63,206 bases of DNA, filler included, from Octopus bimaculoides (GCF_001194135.2; 4 parts of 4 records of this genome joined end to end with filler, not necessarily neighbours in it), one strand, 5' to 3'. Counted from the first letter of the whole stretch, positions 51,040 to 63,206 are shown. Translations and numbers: made by a program. The notes: generated from the letters alone by a model not told the origin.

Positions 51040-51810
51040 GCTTGTGAAGTCATACATGTTGGACCTCCGTAAATTGTGTGTAATCAAGCATTTCGGCTGG
51101 TTGGTCAGAAGAGGCTGCAATGTTTATCAGTAAGCAGGTGTCTTTTTCCAGTCCTTGATTATTATGTCTAGGTAATTAGTTTTTATTACTTTGTCAGTTT
51201 GAACAGGCCTATCCCAGATGATTGTGACATGGTCATTGTCATATACTTTGTATGGCAATTGTTTATACCATTTCTTGATAGATTTTATGTTGTTGTGTTG
51301 GCATATTGTCCAGATATAATTACTTACTCAGTCATGCCTGCATATATATTTAGATTTGGCAAGGACTGGGCAGCCTGAGGTGATGTGGTTGACTGTCTCA
51401 TTGTGCTGGTTGCACATTCTGCATTTGGTGTTAGGGACTGTTTTCATTATTTTGCTTTTATAGTTGTTTGTATTCAGGCATTGGTCTTGTGCAGCGAGAA
51501 TCAGTCCTTCCGTTTCGGCTTTTCTTCCAGATATTTCCAGTTGGTTTTAACTTAGTTTCACTTCTTCTCTGTCATACCTTGCAGGGTATTGAGCATGGAG
51601 CGAAAAATCACTCCATTTCTTCTTTAGTATGTTTTGTAGTTCTGTTTTCATGTTTTTATTTTGTCGCTTTGACCATTTCTGCTATGTTGTCATCTAAGAT
51701 CAATGTATCAGTGTAATTTGTTTCTGTTTCGCATTTTGTCACCGCTTTGTGTGTAAAGAAAAACGTATTCTTTTTTCGTGTTGCTTTATTACATGTAGTA
51801 GTCTTATCAT
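51040..51810 (-). mobile_element. R4/Dong-like non-LTR retrotransposon fragment (zinc knuckle and restriction-like endonuclease start)
   Basis: KAETEGLILAAQDQ..KCRMCNQHNETVNHITSGCPVLA..RHD*..KWYKQLP..IIWDRPVQTDKVI; stops and a frameshift. Confidence 0.85.
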
Positions 51811-52142
51811 CATCTTCATCATTGTCGTTAATATCTCACGAAAACTCTCAGCTTTATATTGCTGGGTATGATAGAAAGTGTCAGCTGCCTACAACCAGCA
51901 GACTAAGGTGATACTTGTTTACTGATCATGTTTCAAGAACCCTGCTGAAGACTCTATCAGTTCCAAGCAGTGATGACTCTTTAGATGCTCTACATTTACA
52001 TTCGTTCCAATCTTTCTAAGCAACGTTGGTAGTTGTGTACAGCTACTTTCAAGCACATCAATACTTATTAGCGTCATGTCTACATTCTTCATTCCCCACA
52101 ACCTGCGTATTTCCCACTTAATTATAGTTATTCACTTTTCTT

Positions 52143-52476
52143 CTTTATTATTATTATCATTATTATTATTATTATTATTATTGTTCAGTAGTTTTATTTT
52201 TATAACGTGCTTTCACTTCACTACCGAGCGCAGCTCTGTGCGCCTTGGGTATGTGCTGTGGTTTGCTGTGGTGCTCTTATGGTTACTGTATTGAAAGTGT
52301 TTTGCGTAGGATGTGTGCTGTGCCAAGTAGTGCAATTTTCTGTATGTTATATATATTTGTAAGTCCTGGTGTTTTTGTTATGTATTTGTCTGAATATTTT
52401 TTTATTATACCTAAGGCACCTACTATAATAGGAATTGTTTCTGTTTTTAGATTCCACATTCGAGTTACCTCTATTT
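52143..52476 (-). mobile_element. R4/Dong-like element 3' end with (TAA)n tail
   Basis: IEVTRMWNLKTETIPIIVGALGIIKK..IQKIALLGTAHILRKTLSIQ* (stop 52285-52283), 3'UTR, then (AAT)n. Confidence 0.85.
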
Positions 52477-52576
52477 NNNNNNNNNNNNNNNNNNNNNNNN
52501 NNNNNNNNNNNNNNNNNNNNTTAATTAATTAANNNNNNNNNNNNNNNNNNNNNNNNNNNNNNNNNNNNNNNNNNNN
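52477..52576. other. Artificial scaffold-join spacer
   Basis: Same N44-TTAATTAATTAA-N44 layout. Confidence 0.9.
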
Positions 52577-52592
52577 AAGATATCCGCTTCGT

Positions 52593-52627
<35 letters not shown>

Positions 52628-52781
52628 AGGTTTCGATACCACACCGCGGCATCTTGAGCAGACGTATTCTCGTAAGTGTAATCTTTAAGTTCACCAGTTC
52701 TGAGAGGAATTTCGCAGACGAAAACTACGAAAAAGCCCATTGTACATGTATGTGCATGCATGTACGAATGTGCGTGTATGC

Positions 52782-52818
<37 letters not shown>

Positions 52819-53011
52819 CACACGCACATATACACAAGCACTCACGTAGACATACACACACATAAATATATACATATAATAATTCAGTTAGGCGTTAAAT
52901 GATTAAATTGATTGAATTTATCATTTAATGATTAAATTATTTAATTATTAAATTTAATTATTTTATTATGATATAAAAACTATTGTTGAGTGGAGTGGAG
53001 CTACTTGAAGT

Positions 53012-53128
53012 AGCTTTGGTCGGCCCGAGGCTGTAGTAGGAGATACTTGCCCAAGGTGCCACGCAGTGGGACTGAACCCGGAACCATGTGGCTGGTAAGC
53101 AAGCTACTTACCACACAGCCACTCCGTA
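53012..53128 (-). mobile_element. SINE family A head
   Basis: GCTTTGGTCGGCCCGAGG...ACCACACAGCCACTCC. Confidence 0.8.
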
Positions 53129-54317
53129 CATACACTCTGTCATTATGTATATGTACACGTGTATGATTGCCCTCCCATATTTAATATATTATTTGTCTGT
53201 CTTCATATTTCGCCATTAATCGCTTTGTTGTCGTTTGCCACAGATTGGATACAAGTTCTCCCTCGGCTCTTCCTCTTTCATATTCAATTTCATATGACAC
53301 CAACTTCCTTATCAGGATATCTGATACACGATTTACGATAGTTCTGCGTGCTTTGTTTTAAATTTGTACATAATGTCTGTTAATATCGGCTATTATGTGG
53401 AACGTTATTTATTGAGTGGCTGTCACGTCGAACGTTGATTGACGGATTGACAGCAAAGCAATAGTTCAATCTATCTCCATCTGTTCTTTTACTCAATTAT
53501 CAGATTCTGTATCAGGGAAATACCATGGCGATACATAGCAAACAAAGGGGTTGCTATGTAGTCACTTAGCGTGCAAGAAATAGCTGCTAATTGTCACTGA
53601 AATCACACCTTCTCGTCATGAGAAAGAACATGCTAGGTAATGTAGTCCGAGATAGGCTATGTATGGCACATGAACCGAAATGTTCACAGCTAGAATGTTT
53701 TTGATCGCTGGTCGACTCAATTCGGACTGACCAAGGGTTAAATAATTACAATAACAGAAATATCTAATTGGCACAGTCGTTAGAGCATCACACGAAAAGC
53801 CTTGAGTAATTATTCTGGCCCTTCACGTTCTGAGTTCAAATCCTACCAAGGTCAAGTTAGCCTCTTACTCTTCAAGGACCAAGAAAAGAAGTTGGAATGA
53901 AGAGCGATAAACTTTTGAAATCATTAGAGCGTCGGGAGGAATGTTTCGCGGTGTTTTCTCCAGTTGTTCGCTTGTGAGTTCAAATCCAGCCGTGGCCTAC
54001 CTGGCTGGATTACTGATTCCATCACCCAGCTTCAACAGCACCACCTGATCCCTGGGCGGTGCCTTTGCTAGAATTCTGCCTGTTACAAGCATTCAACTCA
54101 CGTTTCCGGTTTGTAAATTCATTTCTCCTTTCCTCACTCCGTCCCAATTGGTTTCGGAGACACGGAAAAAGCTTATTGACACTGTCCTCTCCTTCTGATT
54201 AAACAGGAAAAAACTATCAATATGTGTCATTCAGAAGAGAGGAAAAAAAAACCCGAAGTTGTAATGCTACTTCCGTAATTCGAACATCGTATCTACTGGA
54301 AACTGATGAGCTGATAC

Positions 54318-54649
54318 CCGCTTCGGTCATGACTGACCATGGGATTGCACCTAGAAAGTTACCCTCCCAGGCACAAGTCCAGGCAAGGTTGTCTATAGAA
54401 GACCAGCAGTCGCTCATGCATACCAGCCTCCACTTTCCACACCACTGTTGTCATCCAAGGGAAAGGCAAAGGGGTTGATATAGCTTGGCACCTGTGACGT
54501 TGCAACTCATTTCTGCAGCTGAGTGAACTGGAGCAACGTGAAATAAAGTGTCTTGCTCAAGAACACAACACGCAGCCCGGTCTGGGATTCAAACTCACAA
54601 CCTCACGATCGTAAGCTCGACGCTCTACCACTGAGTCATGCGCCTTCAC
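54318..54649 (-). mobile_element. SINE family E variant with a different 3' tail
   Basis: CAGCTGAGTGAACTGGAGCAACGTGAAATAAAGTGTCTTGCTC shared with 40817-40860; remainder differs. Confidence 0.7.
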
Positions 54650-54899
54650 AGTTCAGAGATGATACGTGGCATAAAGCAATGGTTATTTCCTACGGATGGC
54701 GTCCCTAACTAATTTCACTCAAGTTCCTATTTGGTTTGGCTGAGGTCACGCATGTGAACTGAGGAATTCTCTCTCTTCGGGTTCGAAGATACCCCAAACA
54801 TATTTACACGTCACTGCTTAGCGCTGCCAACCCGTAATTTGTTTGCAATGAGCCGCCGACTAGCGCTCCCAGTCATTGCATGAATTTTTTCCATTCTGC

Positions 54900-55093
54900 G
54901 CATTACCACGGCGCTTCTTCAAGAGTTTTTCGGTGAACAGATTATTTCGAAGGGACTTGGGCCACCAAGATCCCCTGATTTAACACCGCCAGACTTTTTT
55001 TTTCTTTTCTGGAGAGCAAATAAAGGATCAGTGTACAAGAATCGCCCGAAAACCATTAACTACTTACTGCGGAGAAACTTTTTGAACACCCTG
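54900..55093 (+). mobile_element. Tc1/mariner (DD37D/DD41D-like) 3' remnant
   Basis: ..PPRSPDLTPPDFF motif at ~54961-55000; terminus TTTTTGAACACCCTG followed by TA. Confidence 0.7.
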
Positions 55094-55663
55094 TATCTCC
55101 AAAATTCCGACAGAGTTAAGCTAGGTTAAGAGAAATTCGTTTAGTTATTGATACTATTTCGTGCTGAAAATCTAGTTGTTATTTCGGGATAGGGAAAAAG
55201 TCTATTGTATCAACTTCAGTGTTCAATTCGTATGTATTTCATCGACCACGAAAGGATAAAAGACAAAAAATAATCTCGGTGGAATTTGAACTCAAAACGT
55301 GAAGATGGACGAAATACTGCTGAGCTCTTTGTCCGGTGTGCAAACGACTCTGCCAGGACACGACCATACACGTGAGATAAAAAAATATCAAAACTTCTAA
55401 ATGAACGAAGTGTTGAAAATGGTCCGTTTTCTGCCGTAAATATTCTCTGTACAAAGCCATGTATTAAACACTATTTTCCATTTCTCAAACCCAAAGCATA
55501 TTTTGAAAACGTCCAGCAAATTTCATCACCTATTAATAATTACAACGTGACCTTTATATCTAATCACTTATTTGTCAAATCAAAACAAAATGGGGAAAAT
55601 GAATAAACTGCGTTTCTGGAGGCTTTTTATTTTATTTTTTTAATTCACTCTTTTTCTCTCCCA

Positions 55664-55664
<1 letters not shown>

Positions 55665-55737
<73 letters not shown>

Positions 55738-55742
55738 ATCTA

Positions 55743-55785
<43 letters not shown>

Positions 55786-55840
55786 TTCTCTCTTTCTCTC
55801 TCTCTCTTTCTCTTTCTCTCTCTCTCTCGCTCTCTCTCAC
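55665..55840. repeat. (TC)n-rich microsatellite, one of many TA/CA/GA/TATC tracts in the window
   Basis: Directly visible. Confidence 0.9.
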
Positions 55841-55964
55841 TCATTCTCCTGCTTCTTTTGCTCACCCTGTTCATTTTCGAACATACACACACATATACAC
55901 ACACATACACACACATACACACATATACATGTATATAAACAGATAAACATATATGTGTGTATCT

Positions 55965-56012
<48 letters not shown>

Positions 56013-56092
56013 GTAGATAGATAGATATAACCCTTATACATAAATATACACGTATGCAAATGTGCGCGCGTATATATACATATATATATATA

Positions 56093-56192
56093 NNNNNNNN
56101 NNNNNNNNNNNNNNNNNNNNNNNNNNNNNNNNNNNNTTAATTAATTAANNNNNNNNNNNNNNNNNNNNNNNNNNNNNNNNNNNNNNNNNNNN
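56093..56192. other. Artificial scaffold-join spacer
   Basis: Same N44-TTAATTAATTAA-N44 layout. Confidence 0.9.
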
Positions 56193-56371
56193 TATATATA
56201 TATATATATATATATATATTAATGCTTGTTTTTAAGTGAAATTATTATAAAGAAAAGAATATAACCTGAAATTTTGAAGGACCAGCCGGTACTTTTAGTA
56301 GAAAACATATTTATTAATCTTTACAAAGGAATGGTTGACAGTGACTTCGAAGTATCAGCGCACTAGCCATT

Positions 56372-56415
56372 CATGTCTGATGATGATCAGTAAGCAGAAA
56401 CTTTGAAGTCTTATC
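56372..56415 (+). ncRNA. Hammerhead-like motif with intact core and weak stems
   Basis: CTGATGA (56377) / TGAT-CAGTA-AGCA / GAA / ACTT-TG-AAGT / C (GUC triplet). Stem I only 3 bp after a U-U mismatch. Confidence 0.3.
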
Positions 56416-56438
56416 AACCTTTTCCTCGTCAAAATTAA

Positions 56439-56486
<48 letters not shown>

Positions 56487-56788
56487 CATGTGTGTATGAT
56501 GGGAGGTGGGGGTAGTAGATAACTTCTGTCACAGGAATCTCCTTCAATAATGTTTGTAGTTCGTTTGTATTGTTTTTTTCTTTTTCTTTACAAGACTATC
56601 ATTAATATGTTTCGTTTCTCACAGACAAAATGTTTTGTTATCTAAAATTAAATTTCGTTGTTGTTTGTTGTTTTTATTGATTTTTCTGTCTCGTTTTCCT
56701 TTGAAATGCATTTTTTTCATTTTAGTTCAAAACTGAAATAACGGTCAAAAGCAATTTGTTCCCCACTTGTAAATGTTAGCGTTTTTAA

Positions 56789-56850
<62 letters not shown>

Positions 56851-56859
56851 GGGCAGTGG

Positions 56860-57255
56860 AAGGCAGCATGGTAGCAGAATTGGAAAAAAATTCTTTGCCA
56901 TATTCCTTCCAGCTTTTCATTCTGGGTTCAAATTCTACCAAGGTCAACTTTGCCTTTCATCCTTTTGGCAGGTTGATAAAATAAACACCATTGAATTACT
57001 GGGGGTCAATGTAATTGACTATACCCTACCCCTAAAATTTCTGGTTTTGTGCCAAAATTTGAAACCGTTATTATGAGAAATAGAGTGGTAAAAATGGAGA
57101 AATGCTAGACAAAATTCCATGCAGTATTTAGTTACAATAATAAAACAATAGATTAACAGAATTGGTAAGGTGTCTGAAAAAGTACTGGGGTCAATGTAAT
57201 CGACTATCCCCCACCCCTAAAATTTCTCGTTTTGCACCAAAATCTGAAACCATTA
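56860..57255 (+). mobile_element. SINE family B with a duplicated 3' segment
   Basis: The segment GGGTCAATGTAAT(T/C)GACTAT...CCAAAAT occurs at ~57000 and ~57187. Confidence 0.65.
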
Positions 57256-58279
57256 TTATGAGAACTAGGGGTTTAAATGCAGTTTTGCACCTCTCCTTGA
57301 AAAATGCATCTTTTCCAAAACAATTTTTTCGGATCCCTACGTTGTTGGAGATTACGAATATGCAAAAAGAAAAAACAAAATTAATATTTGTTTCTCATAA
57401 AATGGTGTATATTCAATTTACATTAAATTATTATTGACGATTATTTAAGGCAAACACAAGTAAAATGCTAAGTCTTTTCACTTTAATGCTTTTGTCAAAA
57501 TTGGTCTTTCTTTCAATTAATGTTGAAAATGATGGAGAATTTTGTAAAATAACTTTGTCATTATTAATCTGGTGTTTAAAACATAAATTAACATAAAAGC
57601 TTGATGGGAAGTTTTAATTTAAATCACTTTAACCTTTTAGTTTCCATATTTCTACTCAAATAATTTTGAAAAAAAAATGACAAATTTGATAAAATATCTT
57701 TATTATTAATCTGACACTCAAATTCCGACAAGGTCAACTTTGCCTTTCATCCTTTTGGGGTCAATAAAACAAGTACCAGTCAACTACAGGGTATCATGTA
57801 ATTGATTTTCCCCTCCCCTCAAAAACAGCTGCCCTAGTGCCAAAATTTAAAACCACTATTAGTCTGGTGTTTAAAGCATAAATTAGCATGAAGTTTTGAT
57901 GGCTGGTTTAAATTTAGATTACTGTAGAACAAAAACTTTGTATCCTAGTACCAGGGGTGGGTTTCTGTCAGAAGGTTTAAATCACTTCAAGTTTCACTTT
58001 CTCTTTCATTCTTGATCCAGCATTGATAAAATAGTATACCAGTAAAACCATTCCCCAAATTTATGGCCCCATGCCAATGTTAGAAATCTTTATTTAGTTA
58101 GAAACCTGTATGTTCCAAATTCAAATTTCACAAGGGTCAGTTCTGCCTTTCTGACTTTTTGAAGTCAGTGAAATAAGAACTCACAGATGGTGGTGTTGTT
58201 AGGGAGAAAGCAATGCACACAAACTAAATCCCTCCATCAAAGTTAAAAATTATTATCATCATTAGTGGAAATATTTTAA

Positions 58280-58443
58280 TCCTTTAGGATTTAGATTTCT
58301 CTGTCAAATGTAATGCTTATTTATTCACATTCATTCACATGATGTGATTGTTTATTTTTAGAATGACATTGTAGGGTAAGTGTGAGAGGCCAGATCTAGC
58401 CAGTCTGAACAGGGAGAGTATTTAGGTTTTAAATACTACAGGG
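58280..58443. mobile_element. MITE family 1, internally deleted
   Basis: TTAA-TCCTTTAG...TACTACAGGG-TTAA; body matches 19032-19246. Confidence 0.7.
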
Positions 58444-58499
58444 TTAATATTCAGACTGTTCTTTTCTTTAATAAGCAATATCTCTAAAGCTACACGCAT

Positions 58500-58533
<34 letters not shown>

Positions 58534-59901
58534 TATGTGACTTCTTTCAGTTTCTTTCTACCAAATCCACTCGGAAGGCTTTGATCAGTCTGGTCTTCTG
58601 GCAGAGGATACTTGTTCAAAGTGACTGCACCCAGGATCACAAAGTCTGGACGCCATGTCTGCGCCTGCCCTTCCAGGTAAAGTAACAATCAAGTATGGAG
58701 GTTGATATAATCAACTATTCCCTCAACAAAAGTGTATGGCCTTGTGCCACTGTTAGGAACCATCACAGCTGAGACCAACAGTCCTTTTTTGTCCTTCTGG
58801 TGTCAATAAAACAAAGTACCCGTGAAACACTGATTGATATAATTGGTTCTTCGCCTATCCTAATATTTGTAGCCATGAACCAATTTTAGTATTATTTACA
58901 ACTATTATAAACTATTAACACAATACAAAGATAAAAAGAGAAAAGAAAACACACATTGTATGAATTCCTTTTTAACTATTTTTTATCTATAAGCAATATC
59001 CTGCTTCATAAAAATTATATTTAATATACCTCAGGTTATGCCATGCTGATGATTTCAAAAAAGAATGAAATAGTATTGTATACGGTTACCACTGACTAAA
59101 AATTTTAAGAACTTCCTAATAAGTGAGCAACAAAACAATATTAACTATGTGTATGCTATGCACCTTTTTCTTTATAATTCCTTAATTCCAAATTCAAAAT
59201 TCTAATTCCGCCAAATATTATGAAGAAATGGTTATCACCCTTGTATTAACTGTCCACTTGGGGACTCCATGTGTTTGAAAAAATACCAATGTAAATTTTT
59301 TCTTAAAGATTATTCTTCTATTCTGCCACTGTCACACCTTAAACACACACTCCCCATAATTTTTGCAACACTCTTACCATCACCGCTGTTATGGTGATTT
59401 TTTTTTTTACAATTGTGCTTAATTAAAACTTTTTAAAAATGATTTCTTAAGTTTCATTGGAAGACATTGTTGAAGTTTATCTGGAAACAAAATGAAAGGC
59501 AGAAAATCTGTGGTGTAAATGGTGTANNNNNNNNNNNNNNNNNNNNNNNNNNNNNNNNNNNNNNNNNNNNNNNNNNNNNNNNNNNNNNNNNNNNNNNNNN
59601 NNNNNNNNNNNNNNNNNNNNNNNNNNNNNNNNNNNNNNNNNNNNNNNNNNNNNNNNNNNNNNNNNNNNNNNNNNNNNNNNNNNNNNNNNNNNNNNNNNNN
59701 NNNNNNNNNNNNNNNNNNNNNNNNNNNNNNNNNNNNNNNNNNNNNNNNNNNNNNNNNNNNNNNNNNNNNNNNNNNNNNNNNNNNNNNNNNNNNNNNNNNN
59801 NNNNNNNNNNNNNNNNNNNNNNNNNNNNNNNNNNNNNNNNNNNNNNNNNNNNNNNNNNNNNNNNNNNNNNNNNNNNNNNNNNNNNNNNNNNNNNNNNNNN
59901 N

Positions 59902-59946
<45 letters not shown>

Positions 59947-60023
59947 GTATATATATATGTATAAACACATATGTAAATGTATATATATGTATAAGCATAC
60001 ATATAACTGTATATAAATATGTG

Positions 60024-60070
<47 letters not shown>

Positions 60071-60689
60071 ATGTATATGTATGTATATATAACTAGAGAG
60101 ATAAACAGATACGTATATGTATATTTATATACACACACATATCAACTTTCATACATACACACATGTATAGTGTATATACATGTGCGGGTGTATGTGTGTG
60201 TGTGTACACAAGAATGAAAATATATATATTAGTTATGAATATATGTTTACACATAAGATATATTTAAGCATGTTATACACACACTTACACATAGACACAT
60301 ATGCACACACATACATATATATGTTTGTATGTATTTCAATCATTTATCAAGGGTATCAAATATATACATATATATATATATATATATAAGATTTATAATC
60401 TCTAATGCTGACCCATATCCAAATATAATATAGATATAATATAGATTTCCATTAGTTTAGAATTTATTACCTGTGTTCAATAATTTGTATTACTTGATTG
60501 TTTATAATTAATAATATTATTAGGGTTTTCTCCCTTTGACGGACTATTATTCAGGAGGGATTTTTAATATGGATCAGCATTAGAGATTATAATGTTTTTT
60601 GGTGTTTACTTCTTACCCTGAGGATGTGTAAGGTAATTTACTTATTGAACTTGAATTAAGAGTTGAATTTGACCTTATACAGAAATGTA

Positions 60690-60860
60690 TACATAGGTAA
60701 TAAACTTTAATATATGTGGATGTTAGTGTCAAAGCTCTTATTTAAATGTTTTGATATATAACCAAGGAGATCGATTCTTAAGGAGTTTACTATAGACCTT
60801 TGTGGACGAATTTTTGATATTTTGGTAACGATTACATGTTTTATCTCACCAATACAGTTG
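60690..60860 (-). mobile_element. Possible Penelope-like RT remnant
   Basis: TKISKIRPQRSIVN..YISKHL loosely resembles PKIHK..P.RPIV..Y..SKYL; short and diverged. Confidence 0.3.
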
Positions 60861-60880
60861 GTAGATATCATTTTATGAAC

Positions 60881-60966
<86 letters not shown>

Positions 60967-61538
60967 ACATAATTACTGTAGAATCATTAGAGCATTATAA
61001 AAGATGTCTTGCTCTATTTATTTTTCAACACTAAACATTCTGGGTTCAAATCCTACCAGGTTGGCTATGCCTTTCATCCCCACTGAAGGAGATGGTGGAG
61101 AAAAATGTGATTTAATCAATACCATTTCATTACTGGTATTGATTTAATACAATTCACCTCTCTGCCAAAATTTGTGCCTGTGTTCCAAGTTTAGAATCCC
61201 CTAAAACCTATCTATCTTTCTATCTATCTATCTATCTACCTACCTACCTATATGCGTGTGTGTGTTATCCGAAAGTGTACAGTATTATATATCCATCACA
61301 GCCAATCTTACCAATCAGTTTCGCACTAGGGGTACAACGGAGTGTTAGGTAACACACCAATTATATAACCCTATGCTCATCAGAGGTAACCAATATGGAA
61401 TGAAATATGGTAAGATCAACCATGATGGATATCTAATACTTCGGATAGTATACTCACTGTATTGACAGATATACGAGTGCATCTTTTTCCTGACTTATGG
61501 AACTTTTAGACGACTTACATATATATATATATATATAT

Positions 61539-61894
61539 GTAAAGGATAAAATGTTTCAAATGGTACAACAATGCACTGTAATACAAACAATGGGCTATAT
61601 ACCTGTTGTAATTTAACCATACATAGTCTGGTAATATTTCAGAATAAAATTCCTTCCCCAGATAGCCCTAGGAATTGATGGAGTCGCTGCTATAATCGGT
61701 TTTCTAACGGCTTTAAAAAAGACTGATGTAAACCAATTATAACAGCGACTCTCATCAATTCCTAGAGATATCTGGGGAAGGAATTCTATTCTGAAATATT
61801 ACCAGACTATGGATGGTTAAATTACAACAGGTATATAGCCCATTTTTTGTGTTATAGTGCATTGTTGTACCATTTGAAACATTTTATTCTTTGC
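61539..61894. mobile_element. Palindromic MITE-like element
   Basis: Arms 61539-61702 and 61730-61894 are near-perfect reverse complements; 27-bp spacer; no clear TSD. Confidence 0.8.
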
Positions 61895-61952
61895 AAACAA
61901 TACACAATGCTTCAAGCGAACTACATATTACATATATACATATTGGTTTGAA

Positions 61953-62848
61953 GAATAATTCACAAGCGTTTTTTTTCTTTTTCAAATTTAAAAATGTACA
62001 CAGAAATAAAATGCATTGACAAAATGTTTTATGTTATTTGAAAGAGAATTTTTTGCTCTACAAAATAGTGTGTTTTGATTTTTAAATTTTATTGATTTTT
62101 GTGTGTTTTCCATTCATTAAAATGGAATGTCAAGTGGACAAAACTGATCATTTTTGACACCATTTGCTTTTTACATTTAATCAAGGTGTTAAGCTCGCTG
62201 AAGCTGCTCGTGAGATTTGTGCTGTGTACGGAGAAGGAGTAATGCCTCAAAGTACCACTCACCGTTGGTTTTCGCGCTTCAAAAATGGGAATTTTGATCT
62301 CAAAGATGGATCATACACCAGTCAACCAATTGAGTTTGATGAATCTTGCCCATTGAGTGAAGGTGGTTCACCACAGGTTTTTTTTTTTTATCACAGTCCA
62401 TCAGCTCCACCAATTCTCTGGTGTTTGATGTAGGTTTTCATGAAGAAGTTGATTCAATTGCTCTTCATCAAACTCAATTGGTCGACCGGTGTGTGATCCA
62501 TCCTTGAAATCAAAATTACCATTTTTGAAGTGCGAAAACCAATGGAAGGTGGTACTTTGAGGCATTATTCCTCCTCCATACACAGCACAAATCTCACGAG
62601 CAGCTTCGGTGAGCTTAACACCTTGATTAAATTTAAAAAGCAAATGGTGTTGAAAATGCTCAGTTCTGTCCACTTGACATTCCATTTTAATGAACTGAAA
62701 ACACACAAAAATCAATAAAATTAAAAAATCAAAACACACTATCTTGTAGAGCAAAAAATTCTCTTTCAAATAACATAAAACATTTTGCCAATACATTTTA
62801 TTTCTGTGTACATTTTTAAATTTGTAAAAAACCACTTATGAATTATTC
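61953..62848. mobile_element. Fold-back mariner derivative made of two inverted 5' halves
   Basis: 61953-62343 and 62464-62848 are inverted copies, each with the leader and MECQVD..HF.HHLLF.FNQG transposase start. Confidence 0.9.
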
Positions 62849-63158
62849 CTTTGTATAAATTAAGTTGTGTACTAATCAGCTGAGACATAGGATAAATGCA
62901 TACTGTACACAAAGAGTAACTTCATTTAGCCAGAAGTGTGTAACGATGTAAATAATTGCAAGGACACGCATAAGTATACGGTCGCTTCTTGTGTATATTA
63001 TCTGCAGACAGTACAAGCAAGTCCAATATCATATATATATATATATCTTCAAATTGTTTAAGGAAATGAAATCAAATCAAATATAGTTGAATATTTATGT
63101 TAATACATTTAAGAATTCATTGTCAAGTGTTTGAGAATGTTTGAGCTTCTGCTTGCTT

Positions 63159-63206
<48 letters not shown>

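Noticed and set aside
53505-53535. CAGGGAAATACCATG resembling the U1 snRNA 5' region
   Set aside because: Match is too short and lacks ATACTTACCTG and the rest of U1.
53940-54210. GC-richer island with a GTAQGS peptide (RT-like) and a TTCCGG motif
   Set aside because: No further RT motifs and no ORF; cannot be assigned.

Overview
AT-rich, microsatellite-dense animal genomic DNA with many N gaps. The repeat families (tRNA-derived SINEs with CORE/Deu-like cores, RTE, R4/Dong, Penelope, mariner, hAT) strongly resemble those of Octopus; the taxon is my inference. One host gene is supported: an inhibitor-of-apoptosis (IAP/BIRC-family) gene on the minus strand. Its first coding exon (9215-9983) encodes one complete BIR domain, a long P/S/T/Q-rich linker and the start of a second BIR. 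It is bounded by a clear acceptor (10197) and donor (9214); its other coding exons were not found. Nearly all other ORF-track entries are microsatellite or gap translations, or transposon debris. The most notable unexplained structures are: (1) a ~42-bp-period array of Y-box/CCAAT + CAGGTG units 2.6 kb upstream of the IAP exon, containing an internal 27-bp hairpin; (2) a Penelope-type minimal hammerhead ribozyme between perfect 69-bp inverted repeats next to that exon, plus two more degenerate hammerhead-like motifs; (3) a fold-back mariner derivative beside a second palindromic element near the window end; (4) a tandem repeat unit carrying a tRNA-Thr(TGT)-like head. Three N44-TTAATTAATTAA-N44 spacers are artificial scaffold joins, so adjacency across 31.4, 52.5 and 56.1 kb is not guaranteed. 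All alignments and identities were judged by eye; no searches were run.
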